The position numbers and the translations under genes were made by a program. Below are positions 29,671 through 40,030 of a stretch of DNA of 64,000 nt, one piece after another (position 1 is the first letter of the stretch; each line of letters opens with the position of its first letter). The notes beneath the pieces were generated by a model. It searched no databases. It was given only the letters and a program-made list of their open reading frames with translations, and had not been told where the DNA came from. The stretch comes from Candidatus Oxydemutatoraceae bacterium (lineage in GTDB: Bacteria; Pseudomonadota; Gammaproteobacteria; Poriferisulfidales; Oxydemutatoraceae), in contig OZ244717.1 in NCBI GenBank assembly GCA_965218975.1, positions 832,001-896,000 of the forward strand, read 5' to 3'.

Positions 29671-30651
29671 TTAAGCGATTTTGTCTTTAAGCGGCTGGTT
29701 GCTCAGATAGGCGCGTAGATTTTCCAGCACGCGCATACCCATTGCAATGCGGGTTTCTGCGGAAGCGCTTCCAAGGTGCGGTAGTAACACAGCGTTTTCA
29801 AGATTGAGAAAGCCGGGATTCAGTTGAGGTTCCCCTTCAAATACATCCAGTCCGGCTCCGGCGATTTGTTTCTTCTGCAAGGCGGAAATCAATGCCTGAT
29901 TATCAACCACGTCGCCACGTGCGGTATTAATTAAGTAAGCATGTTTTTGCATTTTGTCGAGCATTTTTTCATTGATCAGATGATGAGTCTCTTTGCTACC
30001 GGGGCAGTGTATCGACACAAAGTCGGATTGTGCAAGTAAGTCCTCAAGAGAGTCGCAAGCTTGTGCATCATATTGAGCGGCAACTTCCGGCGCCATTTCA
30101 AACGGGTTATAGTAAAGGATACGCATTCCGAATCCAAAATGCGCTTTCTGAGCCACCGCCGTCGCAATCCGCCCGAAGCCGACCAAACCTAAAGTTTTGC
30201 CGGTGACTTTTGTGCCGATCATATGTGTCGGTCGCCAGCCTGTCCAACCACCGGAACGAACTTGCCGCTCGCCTTCTCCCGTACGGCGGGCAATCATTAA
30301 TAGTAAAGTCATCGCAATATCGGCGGTGCAGTCGGTGAGTACTTCGGGAGTGTTGGAAATCGCAATGCCCGCCGCTTTTGCCGCGTCCAAATCAATGTGA
30401 TTGAAGCCGACACCGAAGTTGCCTAAGAATTTGCACTGAATATCCGGAATACTAAGGGCTTCTGCGTTCAAGGAATCGGTTACAGTCGGCAGCACGCATT
30501 CGGCGCTACGCAGTGCGTTTTGCAGCTCTTCTTTATTCAACGGACGATCATCTTCATTTAGAACAACATCGTCCGAAATGGTTTTCAGATCTTCTTCGAC
30601 CGCTTTTGGCCAACGGCGAGTAACGATAATTTTTGGCGCACGCATCATCAC
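29671..30651 (-). CDS. D-2-hydroxyacid dehydrogenase, putative hydroxypyruvate reductase
   Basis: GFGRIA, INTARG, GLDVFEGEP and LPHLGSA motifs; serine-cycle context. Confidence 0.85.
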   Translation of the reverse strand: MMMRAPKIIVTRRWPKAVEEDLKTISDDVVLNEDDRPLNKEELQNALRSAECVLPTVTDSLNAEALSIPDIQCKFLGNFGVGFNHIDLDAAKAAGIAISNTPEVLTDCTADIAMTLLLMIARRTGEGERQVRSGGWTGWRPTHMIGTKVTGKTLGLVGFGRIATAVAQKAHFGFGMRILYYNPFEMAPEVAAQYDAQACDSLEDLLAQSDFVSIHCPGSKETHHLINEKMLDKMQKHAYLINTARGDVVDNQALISALQKKQIAGAGLDVFEGEPQLNPGFLNLENAVLLPHLGSASAETRIAMGMRVLENLRAYLSNQPLKDKIA

Positions 30652-31535
30652 AATGCCTGCAAAGATTGTTTCATGGTTGATCCGAGTTCGGAAGGATTAG
30701 GTGCGATCACGGCGCCGGCTTCCTGTAAAATTTCCACTTTCTCTGCCGCAGATTCGCCTTTCCCTGAAACAATCGCACCGGCATGTCCCATGCGCCTTCC
30801 TTTCGGAGCTGTCAGTCCGGCGATATAAGCGATCACTGGCTTTTTCATTTCCGTTTTGATGTACTCGGCAGCTTCAGCTTCTTGTGGTCCGCCAATTTCA
30901 CCGATCATCATCACAGCCGCAGTTTCCGGATCTGCATTAAATAAACGCAAGATATCCGTATGCGAACTGCCGTTAATCGGATCACCGCCGATACCGACGC
31001 TGGTCGAAATGCCGATATTTTTCGCTTTGAGTTGTGATGCCGCCTCATAACCTAGGGTCCCTGAACGCGCGACAACGCCGATGTTTCCCAGCATATAAAT
31101 ATGCCCCGGCATGATCCCCAGCAGCGCTCTCCCCGGAGTGATCGTTCCGGCACAGTTCGGACCGGTCAGTATCATTTTATCTTCTTTACGATAGCGCCGC
31201 ATAAATCGCTTGACGCGCATCATATCCAGTGTCGGGATGCCGTCGGTAATACATACACAATAGCGGATGCTAGCGTCGGCTGCTTCCATAATCGAATCGG
31301 CGGCAGCGGCGGCGGGTACAAATACAATGCTAGTGTCCGCTTCGGTGACGGCAACCGCTTCTTTCATTGTGTTAAACACCGGTCGATCAAGATGGGTTTT
31401 ACCGCCTTTACCCGGAGTAACTCCACCGACAATATTGGTACCGTACTCTATCATTTCTTTTGCATGAAAAGTACCGATTCTACCGGTGAACCCTTGCACA
31501 AGGACTTTGCTTTTTTCAGTAAGTAATATCGCCAT
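30648..31535 (-). CDS. mtkB: Malate-CoA ligase alpha subunit (SucD family)
   Basis: GPNCAG, SRSGTL-like ARSGTL and MGHAGA motifs; next to mcl and ppc. Confidence 0.85.
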   Translation of the reverse strand: MAILLTEKSKVLVQGFTGRIGTFHAKEMIEYGTNIVGGVTPGKGGKTHLDRPVFNTMKEAVAVTEADTSIVFVPAAAAADSIMEAADASIRYCVCITDGIPTLDMMRVKRFMRRYRKEDKMILTGPNCAGTITPGRALLGIMPGHIYMLGNIGVVARSGTLGYEAASQLKAKNIGISTSVGIGGDPINGSSHTDILRLFNADPETAAVMMIGEIGGPQEAEAAEYIKTEMKKPVIAYIAGLTAPKGRRMGHAGAIVSGKGESAAEKVEILQEAGAVIAPNPSELGSTMKQSLQAL

Positions 31536-31565
31536 TTTCCGTTACCGTTTTGTGTAAATTGATAT

Positions 31566-32729
31566 TTATTGTGCCGCCGCTGCCACCGCTTTCTCGGCAG
31601 CCTCCGCAAGCGTGTCGGCCGAAATGATCGGCAAGTTGCTGTCAATCAGCATTTTTCTGCCCAACTCGACGTTGGTTCCCGATAAGCGAACGATTAACGG
31701 TACGCGAACATCAAGTTGCCGCACCGCTCTGATCACTCCTTCGGCAATCCAATCACAGCGGTTAATTCCTGCGTAGATATTCACCAGCAGCGCTTTTACG
31801 TTGGAATCCTCCAGCACCAACTCGAATGCTTTAGCAACGCGTTCGGGTGAGGCGCCACCGCCGATATCCAGAAAGTTTGCCGGTGCGCCGCCGACGTATT
31901 TGATCATATCCATAGTTGCCATTGCCAATCCCGCACCGTTGATCATGCAACCGATGCTTCCGTCTAATCCGACATAACTGAGATCGTGATCGGAGGCGCG
32001 CGTTTCACGCGGATCTTCCTGAGATTTATCGCGCATCTCGGTAATTTCGGAATGACGGAATAGCGCATTTTCATCAAAATTAATTTTGGCATCCAAAGCG
32101 ATCAGACGATTGTCTGAAGTCACAACCAAAGGATTAATTTCAACCAGACTTGCATCATAATCTCTCATCACGTTGTAGCAACCGATGCAAGTCACCGTCG
32201 CTTGCCGTACCATATCGCTGGGCAAGTTCAGAGCAAAAGCGATTTCGCGCGCTTGAAACTCACGCAAACCGACTGCCGGGTCAATTGAAATTCGGGTAAT
32301 TGCCGCCGGATTTTCAATGGTAAGCTGTTCGATTTCCACACCGCCTTCCGACGATGCGATTGCAACCACACGTTCGCTGGCACGGTCGAGGATCAATGCA
32401 AGGTAAAGTTCTCGATCAATTTCACTCGCAGCTTCAATGTAGATTTTCTCAACTTTTTTGCCCTGTTTGTCGGTTTGATGGGTGACTAGGTAACTATCTA
32501 ACAGTTTGTTAGCGGCTTTGGCAACTTCTTGATCGTTATTGCATAGGATAATGCCGCCGGCTTTGCCACGTGCGCCAGCATGAATTTGCGCTTTAACGAC
32601 GCATTTCTCACAAGCGAGATTGCGATAGCAAATCACTGCTTGTTCGGGGCTGAATGCGATTTTTCCCGCTGCGGTATGAATACCGTAATGCCTCAGCAGT
32701 TCTTTTGCTTGATATTCGTGTATGTCCAA
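31566..32729 (-). CDS. mtkA: Malate-CoA ligase beta subunit (SucC family)
   Basis: MDIHEYQAKE, NGAGLAMATMD and AGINRCDW motifs; serine-cycle context. Confidence 0.87.
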   Translation of the reverse strand: MDIHEYQAKELLRHYGIHTAAGKIAFSPEQAVICYRNLACEKCVVKAQIHAGARGKAGGIILCNNDQEVAKAANKLLDSYLVTHQTDKQGKKVEKIYIEAASEIDRELYLALILDRASERVVAIASSEGGVEIEQLTIENPAAITRISIDPAVGLREFQAREIAFALNLPSDMVRQATVTCIGCYNVMRDYDASLVEINPLVVTSDNRLIALDAKINFDENALFRHSEITEMRDKSQEDPRETRASDHDLSYVGLDGSIGCMINGAGLAMATMDMIKYVGGAPANFLDIGGGASPERVAKAFELVLEDSNVKALLVNIYAGINRCDWIAEGVIRAVRQLDVRVPLIVRLSGTNVELGRKMLIDSNLPIISADTLAEAAEKAVAAAAQ

Positions 32730-32748
32730 AGCGATGTCTCCGGGTTAT

Positions 32749-33696
32749 TCATTGGTTTTTTTCCGCAATGGCTTTTGCCATGCGCACTACATTTTCCGCC
32801 ATGCGTGCCGAGGCGGCATCAATCATTTTACCGTCTAATGATGCGGCGCCGCGACCTTCGCGCGCGGCTTTGTCCAACTCTTCAAGAATTTGTTGCGCGC
32901 GTTGAATTTCAGCTGCCGGCGGGGAGAATACTTTATTGGCAAGCTCCAGTTGTGACGGGTGAATTGCCCATTTCCCCTCAATGCCGAGAGCAGCGGCGCG
33001 TCGCGCTGCGGCTTTGTAGCCTTCAGGATCTTTGAAATCGCCAAACGGACCGTCTATCGGGCGCAAACCGTAAGCACGACAGGCGACGGTCATGCGGCTG
33101 ATGGCAAAATGCCACTGATCGCCGGGATAATCAGGATTTAAGCCGCCGATATTAACAGTACGGGCGCGGTTGCTTGCTGCGTAGTCGGCGACGCCGAAGT
33201 GCAATGCTTCAAGTCTGTTACCGGGCGCAGCAGCGATACTTTCCACATTTGCCATACCAAGCGCGGTTTCGATCAGCGCTTCGAGTCCTATTTTATGCCG
33301 AATGCCGCAAGCAGTTTCAATTTGTGAGACCATCATGCTCACAGCATAAATATCTTCTACGACACCAACCTTAGGAATGAGAATTGTGTCTAGTTTCCCT
33401 CCCGCTTGTTCGACAATATCTACCACATCGCGGTACATGTAGTGAGTATCGAGTCCGTTAATGCGTACCGAGATAGTTTTGCCGGCGGCTTTCCAATCAA
33501 GGTCGTTGAGTGCCGCAATAGCATTTTTGCGTGCCTGAACTTTATCGTCGGGGGCAACAGCATCTTCAAGGTCAAGAAAAACGAAATCGGCGGGCGCGTT
33601 GAGCGCTTTTTCAATCATATTCTGGTTTGAACCGGGTACGGCAAGTTCGCTTCGTTGTAAGCGTGTCTGCACCTGCGGGTACTGTGTATGGCTCAT
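32749..33696 (-). CDS. mcl: Malyl-CoA lyase
   Basis: RSELAVPGS, FLDLEDAVAP, LHFGVADYAAS and GKWAIHP motifs. Confidence 0.92.
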   Translation of the reverse strand: MSHTQYPQVQTRLQRSELAVPGSNQNMIEKALNAPADFVFLDLEDAVAPDDKVQARKNAIAALNDLDWKAAGKTISVRINGLDTHYMYRDVVDIVEQAGGKLDTILIPKVGVVEDIYAVSMMVSQIETACGIRHKIGLEALIETALGMANVESIAAAPGNRLEALHFGVADYAASNRARTVNIGGLNPDYPGDQWHFAISRMTVACRAYGLRPIDGPFGDFKDPEGYKAAARRAAALGIEGKWAIHPSQLELANKVFSPPAAEIQRAQQILEELDKAAREGRGAASLDGKMIDAASARMAENVVRMAKAIAEKNQ

Positions 33697-33737
33697 CGTA
33701 TTTTCTCTCTTTTATGGGTGTGCGAGTTGGCGGCAGG

Positions 33738-35006
33738 TTATTTTTTCTTTTTTGCTGAATTTTTCTTAACGCTCTTTCTCTTAGCGGATTTTTTTACTTT
33801 AATTATTTTTCCGGAAGAGAGTTTCACCGGAAACTTTGGCGCGGTTTTACGAAAATATTCAATTGCGGCGCCCACTCCCGAACCTGCGGCCACATGCAAA
33901 CCTGCGTCGCGCATTGCCATCTCTGTGGTTGCCAATACCCCCAGAATTGAGGCTTCATTGTTCTCGCCCAAGTGTCCGATACGAAACGCTTTTCCGGCGA
34001 GTTGCGACAGTCCGGCGCCTAGGGATAGGTTGTAGCGGTAATAAGCAATTTCAATGACATCACGTGCATCGCAATCAGGGGGGACCCGAATCGCCGATAC
34101 GGTGTCCGAATGAAATTCGGGCTTTGTAGCCACTAGTTTCAAGCCCCATGCTTTTATCGCCTTACGCACGCCTTCTGCTAACCGGTAATGGCGTTTGAAT
34201 ACGTTTTCCAGGCCTTCTTCCTCAAGCAGCAGATCAAGTGACCGGCGCAAGCCATGGAGTAAAGGAATGGATGGCGTGTAAGGGAAGAAACCGTCTTTAT
34301 TCGTATTGATGTGGTCTTGCAAATCCAGAAAGCAACGGGCGCATCGCGCACGGCGCATTGCTCGCTTTGCTTTCGGGCTGATACAAACGACTGCCAAACC
34401 TGCGGGCAGCATCAAGCCTTTTTGCGAACCGCTCAATGCAACGTCAACCCCCCATTCGTCCATGCGAAAATCAATACTTGCGATCGAACTAACACCGTCG
34501 ACATAAAGCATTGCCGGATGCTTAACCGAGTCCAGAACTTTGCGTACGCCGGGTAGATCGCTGGTCACACCCGTTGCAGTTTCATTGTGACAGAACATGA
34601 CGCCTTTGATTTTATGCTGCGTATCTTGCTCTAGCCGTCGTTTCAGCTTATTTAATGGGAACCCTTGCCCCCACGGCGTTTCAAAGAATTCAACATCAAG
34701 ACCGATGCGTTGCGCCAAGTCAATCCATAAATGGCTAAATTGTCCGTATCGTGCGCTAATTACCTTATCACCGGGAGACAATGTGTTAGCCAATGCGACT
34801 TCCCAACCGGCGGTGCCGGTAGCGGGAAAAATGAACGATTGCCCTTTGGTGGTTTTGAATACACGGTTCAAGTCCCTGAACAAAGGTTTGGTCAATTTTT
34901 CAAAGTCGGGTCCGCGATGGTCTTCCTGCGGTACCCGCATGGCGTTATCAACTGAAACCGGTAAGTTTGTCGGTCCGGGTACAAATAGGAGATTTCGTCC
35001 TGGCAT
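33738..35006 (-). CDS. sgaA: Serine-glyoxylate aminotransferase with Lys-rich tail
   Basis: LFVPGPTN, HNETATGV and SGSQKG (PLP lysine); first gene of the serine-cycle operon. Confidence 0.9.
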   Translation of the reverse strand: MPGRNLLFVPGPTNLPVSVDNAMRVPQEDHRGPDFEKLTKPLFRDLNRVFKTTKGQSFIFPATGTAGWEVALANTLSPGDKVISARYGQFSHLWIDLAQRIGLDVEFFETPWGQGFPLNKLKRRLEQDTQHKIKGVMFCHNETATGVTSDLPGVRKVLDSVKHPAMLYVDGVSSIASIDFRMDEWGVDVALSGSQKGLMLPAGLAVVCISPKAKRAMRRARCARCFLDLQDHINTNKDGFFPYTPSIPLLHGLRRSLDLLLEEEGLENVFKRHYRLAEGVRKAIKAWGLKLVATKPEFHSDTVSAIRVPPDCDARDVIEIAYYRYNLSLGAGLSQLAGKAFRIGHLGENNEASILGVLATTEMAMRDAGLHVAAGSGVGAAIEYFRKTAPKFPVKLSSGKIIKVKKSAKRKSVKKNSAKKKK

Positions 35007-36171
35007 GGTGATTCCTCTTTTGGTCTTTTGGTATTGTATTGAACGATGTTTTTTTATTTAGTAAATCAGCGTTATGCAACGCGATGAAACAGTTATTATG
35101 CCAAAGATAAAGAATATGGACAACAAGCTGTGTGCTGTATCGGCAAATTTCACTATGATCGAGGGATGAGATAGACCTCGGCAATTGGCTGCGCGGACCA
35201 GGCAAAATCTCTAAATCTGAGCATCAATCTGAGCATAGAACTTCTTGATCAATTGCCGTGCAATAGATTATATTTAAGCTGCGTTGCAACTGGAATAAAA
35301 GTACAAATTCTTATGCAAATTATTTTACCGGAACATTTCCCAAAGACCTTTGGCATTTTTGTCTCGCTTTATATCATGCGAAGTTGCCCGGCAGTTTCGT
35401 TACTATGTTAATATAAATCATAGGATAAATCACAGGGATGGCGGTACTAAAACCAGCCTGTTATCAGACGCACTAGAACAGTCGTATGTGATGATTGGTT
35501 GTATATTTGTATGAATAGCAATACTAAATATTTTCAGATCGGTTTTAGCAACTGCGGTACAAATGCCCTTACTCAGTTTTTCAGCTGCAGTGGGATTCCA
35601 GCAATTCACTACCAAAAGGGCTGTTGGCCCGTGCAATAGAAAATAACTTGCGATCGGGGTGTCCTGTCCTGCGTTGGCAGGGTACGACGAAAAATACGAT
35701 GCATTCTTTGACATGCTCTATGTGGAGCAAACCGGATATTTTCTTGCATTTATGCATTACAGGCGGATGATGCAGGACTATCCTAACTCTAAATTTATAT
35801 TGAATACAACGTAGTTGGGGTAAATGGTTGCGCAGTACGTCGGATTGGGTAACGGATGCAGAGAGATGGATAAGGTATAAGCCGCACTTTGAACGTCAAT
35901 TCGGCACATCCGATATCAAAATAGTCTCCAAACACCTAAGAAAAGAGTGGGACGAGCATCACAAAGATGTAATGGCAAGCGTCCCGCCGGATAGATTGTT
36001 GGTTTTCAATATTGAGTCGGATCCTCCGGAAAAATTATGCAGGTTCGTCGGTCTTCCGGACTCATGCGCGATTAATTTCACTAAGAAAAACGTGTCTGAA
36101 CATGATACCGCAATTGGAAGATTAGTATGGGTCTACCATCCGAAAATTATTTCGCGAGTATTGCCTGATTT

Positions 36172-38083
36172 CTTGACTTCGTAGGTTTTGACCTTTGGGC
36201 AAAAAATAAATCCTTTATTATCATAGGGTTACCCGAACGCTGCCGAAAAACCCCATTGTAGTGCCCTCAGGCTTGTTTTCACTTGGATTTTAGGTTATCA
36301 TTCGGGTCTATGTACTTGCGTGAAAAATATGATCCCGAACGCGGCCGCACTCGCTTGCAGATTGTGCGCTCCGTGCGCACTGCCGATGGTCCCCGTCAGC
36401 GTGTGGTGCGGCATATCGGCACTGCCGACAGTCCCGAGCAGCTTGCATCTTTGCGCAAGCTCGGCGAGGTCACCTTGGAAGAGCTGCGCCAAGCCGGTAC
36501 AGCACAACAGTCGCTGTTCACACCGAAGCAGTACGCGGACCTCGCAGCTGAGGCGCGGCTGGCACCACGTCTGGCGCGCTTCGGGGTAGATCTTGCCGAA
36601 TGCCGTGAGGAGATGCGGCTGATGCTTGGGGTGCGCGAGGCGTTCACGCAGATTTATTCGCACCTGGGTTGGAACCAGGTGTTGGGTGCACGGCGTACGG
36701 CAGCCAACCGCATTCTGCGCGAGCTGGTACTGGCGCGTATCGCGCAGCCGCAGAGCAAGCGCGCTACGGTGTGCGAGCTCGAACGAAGCGGCGTTTCGCT
36801 CAATCTCGACCGGGTTTACCAGACTATGGACCACCTTGAAGAGGCGGTGATTGCGCGCATCCGGGAACAGTCTCATCAGGCGGCACAGAAGTTGTATGAT
36901 CAGCCCCTCAAGGTGTTCTTCTTTGATTGCACGACCCTGTACTTCGAGAGCGAGCAAGAGGACCCGTTGCGCGCGAAAGGTTATAGTAAGGACGGCAAGC
37001 CGCACCGCTGCCAGGTGTTACTGGCACTGATGACGACCTGCGACGGTCTGCCGGTGGACTACGCACTGTTGCCGGGCAACACCTTTGAGGGCAAAACCTT
37101 GATGCAGGCAGTGACAAGTCTGCAACAGAGACATCCGGGTGCTGTATTTACAGTAGTGGCCGATGCGGCGATGCTGAGCCGTGAGAACCAGACATTCCTG
37201 CAGGAGCAGGGCTTGGCCTATGTGCTCGGCTATCGTCTCAAGTCGGCCCCGGCCAAGATCAAGCTGCAGGCGCTCAGTGCAGCAGACGATCAAGGCTGGC
37301 TCAAAACGCAGGACCTGCGTTACCGGATGATTCGCCACGAAGGCCGGCGGATCATAGTCACCTATTCACGCCGGCGCGCGCGCAAGGATCAAGAAGTTCG
37401 GGAGCGCATATTGTCACAGTTGCGCCGGAAGTATCAACGCAGCGAGCGCCCGGCAGGTTTCGTGGCGCGCGGCTATGCCTGTTACTTAAGCTTCCCCGCA
37501 AAGGGCCGGGTTAAGATTGATGCGGCCAAGGTGACCGATGCGGCGCGTTGGGACGGCCTGCGCGCAATCATCGCACACGGCAACGAGGAGATGGCGCCAA
37601 AGGAATTGCTGTCGCAGTACCGTCGGTTGTGGGAAGTAGAACATTGCTTTCGCACCAACAAGCATGACCTTTGCATCCGCCCGATCTTTCACTGGAAGCC
37701 GCGGCGTATCCAGGCACACATTGCGATCTGCTACATGGCCTTCTGCTGCTTGCAGCAGCTGCGCCGGCGGCTTAAGGCACTGGGCTTCCCGATGAGCGCG
37801 GAACGGATCCGGCGCGAGCTCGACACCTTGCAGTTGAGCATCTTGGTATGTACCGACACACAGAAGCGGTATGCGATGCCGAGCCGCGCGAGTGCGGACG
37901 CCAATAGGATCTACCGTAGTGTCGGCCTGAAATGGAACGAAGCTCCGTTCCCGCTTCCCGACAAGTCACGCCCTGGGGGAAGCTGAGCGCGGAGGGCTAC
38001 AAACAACACCGTAATGTAGTGCCCTTGAGAATCCTGAAGGCAATAATATCAATCACTTACGAGACAAAACCTACGAAGTCAAG
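36172..38083 (+). mobile_element. IS1634-family element, intact (1912 bp), with 67-bp target duplication
   Basis: Perfect 19-bp IRs; 36105-36171 equals 38084-38150. Confidence 0.95.
36310..37986 (+). CDS. IS1634-family DDE transposase
   Basis: FFDCTTLYFE, GYSKDGK, VVADAAM, YRRLWEVEHCFR and IRPIFHW motifs. Confidence 0.93.
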   Translation: MYLREKYDPERGRTRLQIVRSVRTADGPRQRVVRHIGTADSPEQLASLRKLGEVTLEELRQAGTAQQSLFTPKQYADLAAEARLAPRLARFGVDLAECREEMRLMLGVREAFTQIYSHLGWNQVLGARRTAANRILRELVLARIAQPQSKRATVCELERSGVSLNLDRVYQTMDHLEEAVIARIREQSHQAAQKLYDQPLKVFFFDCTTLYFESEQEDPLRAKGYSKDGKPHRCQVLLALMTTCDGLPVDYALLPGNTFEGKTLMQAVTSLQQRHPGAVFTVVADAAMLSRENQTFLQEQGLAYVLGYRLKSAPAKIKLQALSAADDQGWLKTQDLRYRMIRHEGRRIIVTYSRRRARKDQEVRERILSQLRRKYQRSERPAGFVARGYACYLSFPAKGRVKIDAAKVTDAARWDGLRAIIAHGNEEMAPKELLSQYRRLWEVEHCFRTNKHDLCIRPIFHWKPRRIQAHIAICYMAFCCLQQLRRRLKALGFPMSAERIRRELDTLQLSILVCTDTQKRYAMPSRASADANRIYRSVGLKWNEAPFPLPDKSRPGGS

Positions 38084-38724
38084 ATACCGCAATTGGAAGA
38101 TTAGTATGGGTCTACCATCCGAAAATTATTTCGCGAGTATTGCCTGATTTTATCAACCGTTACATCGCAAAAAGGTTAGGACTAAATCAACGTTTATGTT
38201 ATTCTCGTGACCAGTATATAAAGAAATTGCGCCGCCTAGGTATTCTCAAATAGGTGATGATATGATGCCTGAGTGACGGAAGCCGTAGTTGACAGCGTGA
38301 TTGAAAACGAGTTTCTTACGCCGCCGCCGGTGCACAAAGCGGAGGAATGCCGGGTTCGCCCCTGAGTCTTTTTAGGAAAATAAGTGATTATTTCACGCTC
38401 TTCCAAACACCCATACCAATAACATGCCGCATAGGTTTCATCGTTGTGCAGTCACTGATGAGACTCTATACTTCTTTCCGGATTCATGATGCCACTTCCA
38501 GGGCCAATAACCATAATCAGTACTATTCTATTACAACACGTTTGTCTGATCCTCCCCCATCTTTTCCTCGTCCGAATTCGAGGAGCTTCAAAACAAAAAG
38601 ATGCCGTGCGAGCGAGGCTATCATTGAAGCAAAGAGAAGCAAAGATCAAAAGCAAAATTACATAAACTAGCATCCCATACTTTAAGTATATCTAAAAAGA
38701 GGAAGTCAAATGAAGGCAATCCCT

Positions 38725-38970
38725 TTACAACTGAGTTATCAATCCGACCGCAGCAATGATGACGTTGGCAATGACAACGTTCCACCGGAGTATCTCGGCT
38801 TTTAGCTCAGCCAAATCAGTTTTTGTTACAGTATTTTCTATATGCAATTTCCCCCAATCCGCTTTCGCTGCGACCTTGTCCGTATGAGCAACCGATTTGA
38901 CGGTTCGTTCGGCAAGTTCCTTGGAAGATCCGGCTCCAACCAATGCTTTGTAAGGTGCGGTAGTACTCAT
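38725..38970 (-). CDS. Small coiled-coil protein with C-terminal TM helix (DUF1640/CCDC90-like)
   Basis: TKTDLAELKAEILRW followed by a hydrophobic tail. Confidence 0.55.
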   Translation of the reverse strand: MSTTAPYKALVGAGSSKELAERTVKSVAHTDKVAAKADWGKLHIENTVTKTDLAELKAEILRWNVVIANVIIAAVGLITQL

Positions 38971-39105
38971 AGATCTAAATATAAACTGCTTCCGGAGGCA
39001 CCGGGATACCTTCGAATAGAAGCTATTGTTCGGTTGCTAGCTTGCTTGCCACAAAGGTTGCCGCTTCTATAAGCCTACGGATTACTTGACTCAAAATAGA
39101 ATGCG

Positions 39106-40029
39106 TCAATTATCCGATGGCGGTTGTTTGTCGGGGTGCAAATAAATGAAGCTTTTTCCCAATCGTCCGGCATAATTTCCGGCAGAAATCATGACCAAAC
39201 CGGGGGTATCTTTGGCTGCCTGAATTGCTGCTTGAGTTGCGTCAATGATGCCGGGCATATCACGTCCGTTCATGATGATTTCCATCACTGAACCGACGCC
39301 GTCGGGTAGTCCCGCTTCAACCGTCGGGTTCTCTTGTAGCAAAGGGCAAAATTTTTCATAAGTACTGGCAATAGCAAAATCGTATTTGCTGCCTGCTTTC
39401 GATCCGCTTCCTGCTATGCCGCCGGGGAAGGTAGTGATGACCCCCGGCATGGGTTCGATTGCCGCGACGCCTTTTTCCGCTGCCTCCAAAGCCGCATCAG
39501 TGTCCTTGCCGAAGAACCATAAGTTGCCTCCCATCAACCCCTCGCTCCAACCCAGGCGCCGATCCAGTATAAATTCACCGCCTAGGATCGGAATCCACCA
39601 CATTTTGCGACCATAGCGTTCGATTCGTTTCTGATAACCGTTACCAAAATAGGCGACTTTGCGCCCCATTTGGAAATAGTTTTCGGAATCAATCAGGTTA
39701 AAACAGGATGCAGTCGGGCAAGTCAGAATATTCTGGCTAATTCGTACCAGGGCCGAACGTTCCAGACGGTCGACTCGATCTTTCCAAAAACGCGGGATGT
39801 GTAATTGCACGATCGCGCCGGGTCGTCCGTCGGGTGTTGCGAAGTCGTCGTTCGTTCCGACATAGCGATCCGCACCTGCTTCGCAGTCGCATAAAATTGT
39901 GCTCGAACCATTGCCGGCACAGGCTTGTACCGCATGATCAACCCATTTACGGTTTTTTGCGGTAATCAGAAATTCGACATAAATGCTCTTGAACGCTTCG
40001 GCATAAGTATCGTCAATGATGGCGCTCAT
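39106..40029 (-). CDS. fhcD: Formylmethanofuran-tetrahydromethanopterin N-formyltransferase
   Basis: IDDTYAEAF, CDCEAG, TPDGRPG, GSGSKAGSKY and ISAGNY motifs; RBS upstream of the ATG at 40029. Confidence 0.92.
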   Translation of the reverse strand: MSAIIDDTYAEAFKSIYVEFLITAKNRKWVDHAVQACAGNGSSTILCDCEAGADRYVGTNDDFATPDGRPGAIVQLHIPRFWKDRVDRLERSALVRISQNILTCPTASCFNLIDSENYFQMGRKVAYFGNGYQKRIERYGRKMWWIPILGGEFILDRRLGWSEGLMGGNLWFFGKDTDAALEAAEKGVAAIEPMPGVITTFPGGIAGSGSKAGSKYDFAIASTYEKFCPLLQENPTVEAGLPDGVGSVMEIIMNGRDMPGIIDATQAAIQAAKDTPGLVMISAGNYAGRLGKSFIYLHPDKQPPSDN

Positions 40030-40030
40030 G

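Larger units (their letters stand above)
35511..38253 (+). pseudogene. Sulfotransferase-like pseudogene, frameshifted and interrupted by IS1634
   Basis: Manual translation MNSNTKYFQIGFSNCGT...; YPNSKFILNT; ORF 35828-36184 (RLLVFNIESD); the frame resumes after the IS to a stop at 38253. Confidence 0.65.

Noticed and set aside
30648-32729. Calling these genes TCA-cycle sucCD
   Set aside because: Context between mcl and ppc, with no sucAB, favours malate thiokinase.
35214-35236. AATCTGAGCAT direct repeat upstream of sgaA
   Set aside because: Single short occurrence; cannot be distinguished from a chance duplication.
38347-38673. Short ORFs on both strands
   Set aside because: No recognisable motif; at most a decayed gene.
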